Below, one piece after another: positions 8,641 through 15,935 of a stretch of DNA of 38,648 nt. The notes below the pieces were generated by a model. That model was given only the letters and a program-made list of their open reading frames with translations. It was not told where the DNA came from and did not search any database. The position numbers and the translations under genes are program-made. This DNA is from an uncultured Rickettsiales bacterium (GTDB lineage: Bacteria > Myxococcota_A > UBA796 > UBA9615), in NCBI GenBank assembly GCA_964512375.1, contig CAZEIY010000001.1:1-38648 (forward strand), in the 5' to 3' direction. Within the stretch, counting starts at the first letter, position 1. Every line of letters starts with the position of its first letter.

Positions 8641-10369
8641 GGTACGTCGCGGTCGGGTGGGCTGGCGGTCTATCCCTGGAGCTGAGCTGCCGTTCTTCTC
8701 AGTGATGGCGGTAGCGCTTGGTCTGCTCGCTATGGAGGGCTCCGCGTTTGTGTTGGACGAGGTGTGGCCGTACAGCAAGCAGGTTCTTCCCTATATGGAC
8801 TTTCAGCCAGCAACTGTGGATCGTTCGAGCTGTGGGCCCGAAGAGGCGCAGGTAGCGTGTTCACTGCTCGAGGAAGATCCGGCGAAGACTAACCCGCGGC
8901 TGCTATCCACTTGTGAGGGGGAGGGGGAAGAGGCTACCTATCGTGCCTATGAGCCCGTGGCCAGGAGCGAGGGTGAGTTTCGCGTGCTCGTGCTGGGTGC
9001 GTCCTCAGTTTTTCATTACAACCGCCGGCCGGAGCCCCTGCGCGAGGCTACCTCCTTGAGCGCTCCCCTCGGTGCTGGCGAAGGGCAGTTGCGGGTCAAG
9101 GAGGACGCCGCGCCAGCACCGGATGGCGACTCGTGGTGGAAGGTCGGCGATGAGGTCGTGGTGGTGAATGAGTCGCAGGGCCCGCTCTGGACCGTCACTC
9201 GAGGGGATGAAAATGGTGCTCCGGCATCAGCCCATAAAGTGGGTGCTCAGTTGACCCCTTATCGGCCGGCGGATGTGGTGGACTCGCCACCACCCGGTCT
9301 GGGCAGCGCAGAGTCGGAGAAGAGTTGTGCGTTGGGCATCATCGGTCGGCTGCGGATGCGTCTCGATGAGCTGCTACCTGAGGGCAGGAGCGCACGGGTG
9401 ATTAACGGTTCGTACCCAGGGATGAGCACTTCGGACCTCGTGGGCCTCGTTCATCACTTCCCTGCGGACCTCGATGTGGATCTGGTCGTTCTTTACGCTG
9501 GCCACAACGAGTTCATGGATTTCAGCTACCCGTTCCTCGAGGGCTCGTCAGAGGTGGTGCCGCTGCGGGCTTTAGCCCGTCGCTCACACCTCTACCGGCT
9601 CTTGTTGTTTGGGTTGCGTGTGATTGCAGATCTACAGGAGCGGACCCTCCCGCCTGAGGGGTACCGGCCTTGGACGGTGTTCGAAAATCGCGCTCATCTG
9701 TGTACTACCCACGCTCTCGACGACACGGACCTGTTTGGGCGCGTTGGCTGGCAGCAAGTGCGAGAGGACGTAGCCGAACGGCTCGATCACAACCTGCGCT
9801 ACCTTGTGCACGCCGCTCGCGCGGGTGGGGCCTCGGTGCTGATCTCCAAGGTGGCTTCCAACCCCCGTCTGCCGCCGTGCTTTGGGGCTCGCCAGCCGCT
9901 CATGGTGGACCTGGACCCGACCCTGACGCGCATGGACCAGTGGCAGCGCCTTGTCGAGGGAGAGCGCGCATTGAATGAGGCGGAGTTCTCGCTGGCACTC
10001 GAGCTCTTCAGCGAAGCGGCTGGCTCAGACCCCAAGGCTCCGCTTGCTCATTCCGGGCGTGCCCGTGCGCTCTCCGGTCTGGGCAGGCACGAAGAAGCGG
10101 TGTCCTCCTACTGGTCGGCTCGGGAGCGCGCTGTCGGTGACTTCAGTAGCCCGGCGCTCATCAACGAGACCATCGCAAGCATCGCCGGCGATCTGGATCT
10201 GCCACTCCTGGATACGCCAGCGCTCCTTGCTGATGCCGACCGACAGTCCAGTGCACCTCCCTATCACGCACAGTTCATCTACGACGAGGTCCACCCTAAT
10301 GCAGCAGGGAGTGACCTGATCGCCGCCGCGATTGCGAACCAGGCGCAGAATGCGGGGCTCCTGCCCTAG
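8609..10369 (+). CDS. Membrane-anchored SGNH/GDSL-family hydrolase (possible glycan O-acyl esterase/transferase) with a TPR-like insert
   Basis: Block I VLVLGASSVF, block III VVLYAGHNEF, block V YDEVHPNAAGSDLIAAAI (DxxH). N-terminal TM LPFFSVMAVALGLLAM. A TPR-like helix pair lies around LALELFSEAAGSDPKAPLAHSGRARALSGLGRHEEAVSSY. Start is ambiguous (8609 TTG, 8633 TTG, 8657 GTG, 8705 ATG). Confidence 0.7.
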   Translation: MIPAHGGSLNKVRRGRVGWRSIPGAELPFFSVMAVALGLLAMEGSAFVLDEVWPYSKQVLPYMDFQPATVDRSSCGPEEAQVACSLLEEDPAKTNPRLLSTCEGEGEEATYRAYEPVARSEGEFRVLVLGASSVFHYNRRPEPLREATSLSAPLGAGEGQLRVKEDAAPAPDGDSWWKVGDEVVVVNESQGPLWTVTRGDENGAPASAHKVGAQLTPYRPADVVDSPPPGLGSAESEKSCALGIIGRLRMRLDELLPEGRSARVINGSYPGMSTSDLVGLVHHFPADLDVDLVVLYAGHNEFMDFSYPFLEGSSEVVPLRALARRSHLYRLLLFGLRVIADLQERTLPPEGYRPWTVFENRAHLCTTHALDDTDLFGRVGWQQVREDVAERLDHNLRYLVHAARAGGASVLISKVASNPRLPPCFGARQPLMVDLDPTLTRMDQWQRLVEGERALNEAEFSLALELFSEAAGSDPKAPLAHSGRARALSGLGRHEEAVSSYWSARERAVGDFSSPALINETIASIAGDLDLPLLDTPALLADADRQSSAPPYHAQFIYDEVHPNAAGSDLIAAAIANQAQNAGLLP

Positions 10370-10595
10370 CTTTCGAGTGGGACACCGTGGCCTTCATGGT
10401 GCGAGGTGCGAACGATGCTCCACCTGCGCCGGTCTTGCTCAGCCCTGAAGATGCCGTAGAGGAAGAGCCTGGGCGCCCGCCTCACTCCGTTGGCGTTGCT
10501 CCTGCTGCTACCGTTGTGTCGGCGCCGCCGAACCAGAGGTTGGCGCGAAGGCCTTCCCCTCGTCTGACCTGAGGTTGGAGTCAGTACAGACTCGC

Positions 10596-12407
10596 TCAGT
10601 AGATGTAGAGACGATCGAGAAAAGCGCGGTTCGGCGACGCTGATCCCTTGCCCGACCAGTAGTCGAGTCGCCAACCTTCGGCGCGGCCACGTATGAAGGC
10701 CTCTGCGTCGGCCTCGGCCGGAGGCCCCTGCAGGTAGATCTTGCAGTAGATGTCCGCGCGTCCGAATCCGTACCACAGGCCCTCGTGCTGGTTCGCCGGG
10801 GCCTGGGTGAGCAGCGAGCGCAGGAAGCGATCCTGGCAGCCGACATTGTTGTAGCCCATGGCGAGGCCCTGCCAGATCAGGGACGCAGTGCCCTCGGGGG
10901 TGTCGGGCGCCAGCAGGCGGGGATTCTCGTCGTGTTCCGTAGCGAGCAGGATCCCCACGCCGAAGCCTCGCCAGAATTCCTGCTGCGCCTCGCTACCCGC
11001 AGTGAGGCCGTGCTTTGTGTCCAGTCCCTGCCACTGCGCCCAGGAACCGTCGCCTTCCAGCGCCCAGGCTTCACTGAGTCCGGCCCATAGAGCCCACCTG
11101 GACAGGCGCTGCGGCTCGATGCCCTTTGGCTGTAGCTCCACCTCCAGGAACTGGCGCCGTACCCACGGCTCGAAGCCCTTCACCGAGTCCCAGGGAGCAG
11201 GAAATACCGAGGGCCTCGCCAGCAGGGCAAAGCCCAGCACGTGGGTGGTCAACACGATGCCGAAGAGAATCCGCTGTGGCCGGTGCGAGAGGTGGGCCAG
11301 GGCGGCGAGCAGCCCGACGAGCGCGATGGGTGCCAGTGGCAGCAGGTAGCGCGGCCCATCGAAGTAGTGAATCTCGATCTTGAAGCCGGTGAACGCGAGC
11401 ACAGCGACGTAGATTCCTGTGGAAATCAGAAGCGCCTGCGTCGCGGCCTTGTCGACCCGCACTGCTGTGTCGGACGAGTTGCGCAACGACCTCCACGCCA
11501 GGGCAAGGATACCCAGCGCAAGCAGGGACCATACCGCTCCGAGAGGCAGGTAGTGGACATCGAGGGTGGCCTCGTCGATCCGTCCGAAGCCCGCTCCATA
11601 GGCAAAGGTGAACCAGAGATTCTCGACCGCCTGGGTGAGTACCTCGCCGCGGAATGCGCCGCCTGATTCCAGTCCGGTGAGGCCGACGACGAGATCGGTC
11701 TGAGTGTCGAGGCGTGACGCGTTTCGTGCGGCAAAGGCCCACAGCAGGCCTGGCAGAGTGGAAGCACTCCAGGTGACCAGGCCGCGAATCCCTGCTCGCT
11801 TGAAGACCAACCAGGCCAGCCCGGGCAGGAGCGGCGCCAGCGCGAATCCGCAGAACACCCCGAGGCCCGCCGTCAGTCCGCTCAGCACAAGCCGCACTCG
11901 CGAAAGAGTCAGCGCCGTTGCCGCAGGTAGCAGGATCAGCAAGGCGAGTCCGTGCCAGGCGGAGGCCCCCAGGTGCGCGAATATCGAGCTCGCGGATAGA
12001 GCAGCGCGCTGAATCAGCGGCATGGGCAGGATGAACAGTGCGGCGGCCGCGATCAAAGCGCCGTGGGGAATGAGACGACGTGCGATGAGAAACCAGGTAG
12101 CGGCCCACAGGGAGGCACCAAGAATCCCAGCGAATTTGAGGGTCCACAGAGAGCTGCCGAAGATCCCGAAGAGCGGCGCGAGCAGTGGGGTCAGCAGAAC
12201 CCGTGATCCCTCGCGCGGGTATGTCTGGAAGGTCTGCCAGGGCTGGCCGATGCCATCGAGGATGGCTACACCGAGGTTGCCGTATTCGAGCTCTTCCAGA
12301 TCGATGGCATCGAAGCTGAAGCTGAGCAGCAGGACGTGGGCAAGGGCAAACGAGCAGGCCACTGCAGCGGCGACGCGAAGATCTCGTCGAGTTCCGTCAG
12401 AGCTCAC
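10596..12407 (-). CDS. Polytopic GT-C fold glycosyltransferase, ArnT/PMT (GT83/GT39)-like, with a ~190-aa Trp/Gly-repeat C-terminal domain
   Basis: About 12 TM helices. The first loop FDAIDLEELEYGNLGVAILDG resembles the DE..Y loop-1 motif of ArnT/PMT enzymes. I place the start at GTG 12407, which forms a GTGA overlap with the methyltransferase stop. The ORF track extends to 12500. Confidence 0.6.
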   Translation of the reverse strand: MSSDGTRRDLRVAAAVACSFALAHVLLLSFSFDAIDLEELEYGNLGVAILDGIGQPWQTFQTYPREGSRVLLTPLLAPLFGIFGSSLWTLKFAGILGASLWAATWFLIARRLIPHGALIAAAALFILPMPLIQRAALSASSIFAHLGASAWHGLALLILLPAATALTLSRVRLVLSGLTAGLGVFCGFALAPLLPGLAWLVFKRAGIRGLVTWSASTLPGLLWAFAARNASRLDTQTDLVVGLTGLESGGAFRGEVLTQAVENLWFTFAYGAGFGRIDEATLDVHYLPLGAVWSLLALGILALAWRSLRNSSDTAVRVDKAATQALLISTGIYVAVLAFTGFKIEIHYFDGPRYLLPLAPIALVGLLAALAHLSHRPQRILFGIVLTTHVLGFALLARPSVFPAPWDSVKGFEPWVRRQFLEVELQPKGIEPQRLSRWALWAGLSEAWALEGDGSWAQWQGLDTKHGLTAGSEAQQEFWRGFGVGILLATEHDENPRLLAPDTPEGTASLIWQGLAMGYNNVGCQDRFLRSLLTQAPANQHEGLWYGFGRADIYCKIYLQGPPAEADAEAFIRGRAEGWRLDYWSGKGSASPNRAFLDRLYIY

Positions 12408-13102
12408 TGCTGTGGCCTCGCGAGCCAGGTCTGCCGACCGCGCGCTGGTTTGAAGTTGTGTGGGCAGAGTGATCCATCGAGTCCAACACGGCTGAGGCAT
12501 TCGATTAGTTCATCGGCAGAGAAGCGACGTAGGTGGAGTCCGTGACGCAGGCGACGCACTGCGGACAGGCCGAGGGCGCCAAGGCGTGCTGTGGCCTGGG
12601 GCAGGGCTGTGCCACTCAGGTCTGCCTCCACCACGTCGCGCAGGTCATCCCAGAGCCCAAGCTCGGCTGGGAGGATGTCGACCAGTGCGAGCGCACCCTG
12701 TGCGGACAGGAGCCTCGCGCACAGGGCGAGCAGCCCCTGTAGCTCCTCCTCGTCGAGGTATTGCAGCACTGAGCAGACGACGATGGCGTCGAAGCTGTGG
12801 TCTTCGAGGGAGGCCAGGGAGTTCTCGTTGAGGACGGTGATGGATTTCGTGTCAGCAAAGCGCTCGCGAGCTGCTGCAGCAAAGCTCTGTGCACGATCAT
12901 AGAGGAAGACCTCAATACCATGCTCAGCGAGGCAGGTGCTGGCGTGAGCAGGTCCACAACCCCAGTCCAGCAGCCGCGCTCCGCGCTGCAGTCCCAGGGT
13001 GCCGACGATGTTCTCAGCAACCACCCAGGCGTCCGCCGGGGTCGTCGTACGCGGCCCGAGACGAGCGTTATGGTTTTGCCAGATCCGCAGCCATTTGCTC
13101 AT
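12404..13102 (-). CDS. Class I SAM-dependent methyltransferase
   Basis: Motif I LLDWGCGPAHAS, with the downstream acidic residue in FLYD, and motif post-II/III AIVVCSVLQYL...LLSAQGALALVD. I prefer ATG at 13102 (MSKWLRIWQ). The longest ORF start, 13192, would overlap the divergent GT2 gene. Confidence 0.8.
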   Translation of the reverse strand: MSKWLRIWQNHNARLGPRTTTPADAWVVAENIVGTLGLQRGARLLDWGCGPAHASTCLAEHGIEVFLYDRAQSFAAAARERFADTKSITVLNENSLASLEDHSFDAIVVCSVLQYLDEEELQGLLALCARLLSAQGALALVDILPAELGLWDDLRDVVEADLSGTALPQATARLGALGLSAVRRLRHGLHLRRFSADELIECLSRVGLDGSLCPHNFKPARGRQTWLARPQQ

Positions 13103-13172
13103 GGTGTTCCGATTATCCGCGCTCTTGCCCGCAGTGTCGCGCCTGCGATGCAGTGTATCCTTGGCCTCGTCG

Positions 13173-13898
13173 ATGTACCTGTCCGTACTCATCCCTGCCT
13201 ACAACGAGCGAAAGCGGATCCTGCCGACGCTGAACGCTCTGGTTGGATTCCTCTCAACGAGTGACTGGGAATGGGAGTTGTTTGTTTCTGATGACGGCAG
13301 CACCGACGACACGGCATCCGTGGTGGGGAGCTTTGCAGAACGGGAGCCCCGCGTCGTTGTTCTTCGTAGCGACAAGAATGAGGGGAAGGGCAGCGCGCTC
13401 CGGCGCGCGGCAGCGGTGAGTACGGGTGAGTTTGTCATTTATTGCGATGCCGATCTGCCAGTGTCTGCAGAACACCTGCCGTCGCTTCTTGGGCCACTGG
13501 AGCAGGGCGAGGCCGAGCTGGTGCTGGTGTCGCGCTGGATGAGTGCTGCTCCTCCAGTACGTGATGTGACGGTCTTTCGTCGGGTGCTCAGCGCCGTCTT
13601 CCGACTGCTGGCCTTTCCGGTAGTGCCTGCGGGAGTGACCGACAGTCAGTGCGGCTTTAAGGGCTTCCGTGGTGAGGTCGCTCGAGAACTTTTTGCTGAA
13701 CTCGAGACCGACGGTTTCGCCTTCGATCTTGAGCTGCTCTGCAGGGCTCGTGCTCGAGCCTTGCGAGTGCGCGAGCTACCTCTTCCGGTGCAGCATGTTG
13801 TCGGTAGCACCGTGCGTCCTCTGTTGGACTCTCTCTCGGTTGTTGGCGAGATCGCCAGGATCCTGGTTGCTCGTCTTCTAGGGCGCTACCGGCAATGA
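13173..13898 (+). CDS. GT2 family polyprenyl-phosphate glycosyltransferase (DPM1/ArnC/LgmA/FlmF2-like)
   Basis: LSVLIPAYNE, SDDGSTDDT, NEGKGSALRRA, CDADLP (DxD) and SQCGFKGF are all hallmarks of dolichyl/undecaprenyl-phosphate sugar synthases. The start is ATG at 13173 (MYLSVLIPAYNE); the upstream part of ORF 12999.. is antisense to the methyltransferase. Confidence 0.88.
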   Translation: MYLSVLIPAYNERKRILPTLNALVGFLSTSDWEWELFVSDDGSTDDTASVVGSFAEREPRVVVLRSDKNEGKGSALRRAAAVSTGEFVIYCDADLPVSAEHLPSLLGPLEQGEAELVLVSRWMSAAPPVRDVTVFRRVLSAVFRLLAFPVVPAGVTDSQCGFKGFRGEVARELFAELETDGFAFDLELLCRARARALRVRELPLPVQHVVGSTVRPLLDSLSVVGEIARILVARLLGRYRQ

Positions 13899-14728
13899 GC
13901 CGCGAACTCATTGTCGTCGCGGATGATCTGGGTGCCTCTCCTGGCACCAACCGAGGGATCTTCCGGGCGCACCGCGACGGGATTGTGAGCGCTGCATCGT
14001 TGCTGGTGGGTATGCCGAGCAGCAGGGGCGCGGCTTGCGGTGCGGACGAGCAGAAGCTTCCTCTGGGACTGCATCTTCGCCTCAGCGCTGGTGTGCCGAT
14101 GAGTACAGCGCCGCGCGCTGTGGGGCTCGCCGACGAGGATGGCTTCCTCTCCCTACCGCGGGTGGTGGTGCGTCTCACTGCTGGAGGCGAAGCTCTCGAG
14201 GAGGCCCTGCGTGCTGAGCTTCGCGCACAGATGGATGCCTTTCTGGAGCTGGTGCCTTCGCCAGATCACATCAACAGTCACCATCATCTGCATCTCCATC
14301 CCGCTGTGCTCGGTCCCTTCCTCGAAGAGGCGAACTCGCGGGGATTTGGTGCGCTGCGCTGGCCGGTCGAGCAAGGATCGGCCATGGGAAATCCACTGCG
14401 CTGGGCCGAGGCTCAGGCATTCCGGATGCTCGCTGGGAAGGGGCGCAGCAAGCTCGAGGCCAGTGGACTACGCACCAGCGACCACTTCCGTGGCCTGGCT
14501 CTCATGGATGGACTCAGCGCCGAGTCCGTTCTGGCCCTGCTGAGGAATCTCCCCGAAGGCTGCACAGAGTTGATGTGCCATCCCGCCGAACCCGATGACG
14601 AACTACGCCAGTTCAGCGGTGGGGTAGACCGACGCGATCAGGAACTGAAGGCCCTCTGCTCCCCCTTGCTGCGTGAGCTCATCGACACCGAGGGCATTGT
14701 GCTGCGTTCCTTCTCCCAGGGGTGTTAG
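13895..14728 (+). CDS. YdjC/ChbG/HpnK/NaxD-family carbohydrate deacetylase
   Basis: N-terminus LIVVADDLGASPGTNRGIFRAHRDGIVSAASLLV (the DD-G-s-N-gI motif). His cluster HINSHHHLHLHP. ATGA overlap with the GT2 stop at 13895-13898. Confidence 0.85.
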   Translation: MSRELIVVADDLGASPGTNRGIFRAHRDGIVSAASLLVGMPSSRGAACGADEQKLPLGLHLRLSAGVPMSTAPRAVGLADEDGFLSLPRVVVRLTAGGEALEEALRAELRAQMDAFLELVPSPDHINSHHHLHLHPAVLGPFLEEANSRGFGALRWPVEQGSAMGNPLRWAEAQAFRMLAGKGRSKLEASGLRTSDHFRGLALMDGLSAESVLALLRNLPEGCTELMCHPAEPDDELRQFSGGVDRRDQELKALCSPLLRELIDTEGIVLRSFSQGC

Positions 14729-14780
14729 GTTCTCGATTCCCCGGGCGCGCTTTGGCCCACCCCTCGCTGGAGGCGATACG

Positions 14781-15935
14781 ATGAAGAGACGCGATTTTCT
14801 CAAGAATGCAGTGGTGGGAGCTGCTGCTGCAGCGGGCGCTGGGGTGGCTGGCTGCGCTGGATCTGGCGAAGTTCAATTTGCTGCCAAGGGTGACGCCGCG
14901 GCTCCCACAAAAACCACGGCGCGCAGCGCGCGCAAGAAGGTGGTCTGGCGCCTGACGTCCTCGTTCCCGCGCAGTCTCGATACGATCTTCGGCGGCGCAG
15001 AGGTCCTTTCGGAGCGAGTCGCGGCGATATCGGGCGGCGACTTCCAAATTCAAGTCTATCCCGCTGGTGAGATTGTCCCTGGACTGCAGGTGCTCGATGC
15101 CGTTCAGCAGAAGACGGTCGAGATGGGGCAGACCGCCAGCTACTACTACGTGGGTAAGAACCCGGTGCTTGCCTATGACTGTTGTGTCCCGTTCGGACTG
15201 ACGGCTCGCCAGCAGACGGCCTGGTTGCTCGAGGGAGGAGGTCTTGATCTGCTTCGTCCCGCCTTCGCTGATTTCAACATCATCAACTTCCCGGCCGGTA
15301 ATACCGGGGTGCAGATGGGTGGCTGGTTCAAGAAGGAACTCAACTCGGCCGGCGACCTCAAGGGTCTGAAGATGCGTATCCCCGGTCTGGGTGGCACGGT
15401 GATGAGTCGTCTCGGCGTTACCGTGCAGGTGCTCGCTGGTGGTGACATCTTCCCTGCGCTCGAGCGTGGTGCCATCGATGCCACCGAGTGGGTCGGGCCG
15501 TACGACGATGAGAAGTTCGGGTTCTATAAGGTCGCCAAGTACTACTACTACCCTGGGTGGTGGGAGCCGGGTCCCAACCTCAGCTACTACGTCAACACCG
15601 AGGCCTGGGCTTCCCTACCGGTCGAGTTTCAAGAGATCTTCAAGGCGGCAGCGGCGCAGTCGGCGGTGGCTATGCAAGTGCGCTATGACGCACGTAACCC
15701 CGCAGCACTGGGCAGGCTGCTCGAGGCTGGCGTGAAGATGAGGCCCTTCAGCGACGACATCATGCAGCTCGCGGAGCGCGAGTCGTTGGCGCTCCTCGAG
15801 GAGCAGGCGGCTGCCGATGCGGGCTACCGCAAGGTCTATGAGCCCTGGAAGAAGGCGCGCAGGGAGGCATTCGACTGGTGGGGGTCCGCCGAGCGGTCCT
15901 ACGCGTCGTTTGCGTTCAAGCCTCCTGGCTCCTGA
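14781..15935 (+). CDS. TRAP transporter substrate-binding protein (DctP-type, COG4663-like) with Tat signal and lipobox
   Basis: MKRRDFLKNAVVGAAAAAGAGVAGC has a twin-arginine motif followed by a VAGC lipobox. The mature part VVWRLTSSFPRSLDTIFGGAEVLSERV...QVYPAGEIVPGLQVLDAV...GPYDDEKFGFYKVAKYYYYPGWWE is typical of this TRAP binding-protein family. GGAGG lies 8 nt upstream of ATG 14781. Confidence 0.88.
   Translation: MKRRDFLKNAVVGAAAAAGAGVAGCAGSGEVQFAAKGDAAAPTKTTARSARKKVVWRLTSSFPRSLDTIFGGAEVLSERVAAISGGDFQIQVYPAGEIVPGLQVLDAVQQKTVEMGQTASYYYVGKNPVLAYDCCVPFGLTARQQTAWLLEGGGLDLLRPAFADFNIINFPAGNTGVQMGGWFKKELNSAGDLKGLKMRIPGLGGTVMSRLGVTVQVLAGGDIFPALERGAIDATEWVGPYDDEKFGFYKVAKYYYYPGWWEPGPNLSYYVNTEAWASLPVEFQEIFKAAAAQSAVAMQVRYDARNPAALGRLLEAGVKMRPFSDDIMQLAERESLALLEEQAAADAGYRKVYEPWKKARREAFDWWGSAERSYASFAFKPPGS

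Noticed and set aside
10326-10339. A partial fourth match to the 14-nt motif (CGCGATTGCGAACC) inside the SGNH gene, and GGCGATTCGTGCTC at 574-587.
   Set aside because: Only the CGCGATT/GCGATTC half matches. The reverse strand gives CGCAAT/CACGAA rather than TAnAAT. The first is inside a coding region.
12999-13172. N-terminal extensions of several longest ORFs: 12999-13172 of the GT2 gene, 27653-28051 of the lipoprotein, 24633-24941 of rlmI, 25010-25153 of the small membrane protein, and 14673-14780 of the TRAP receptor.
   Set aside because: The extensions overlap neighbouring genes or lack coding character. In each case an internal ATG or GTG with a better context (Shine-Dalgarno, stop/start overlap, or the start of a signal peptide or conserved N-terminus) gives a product of canonical length.
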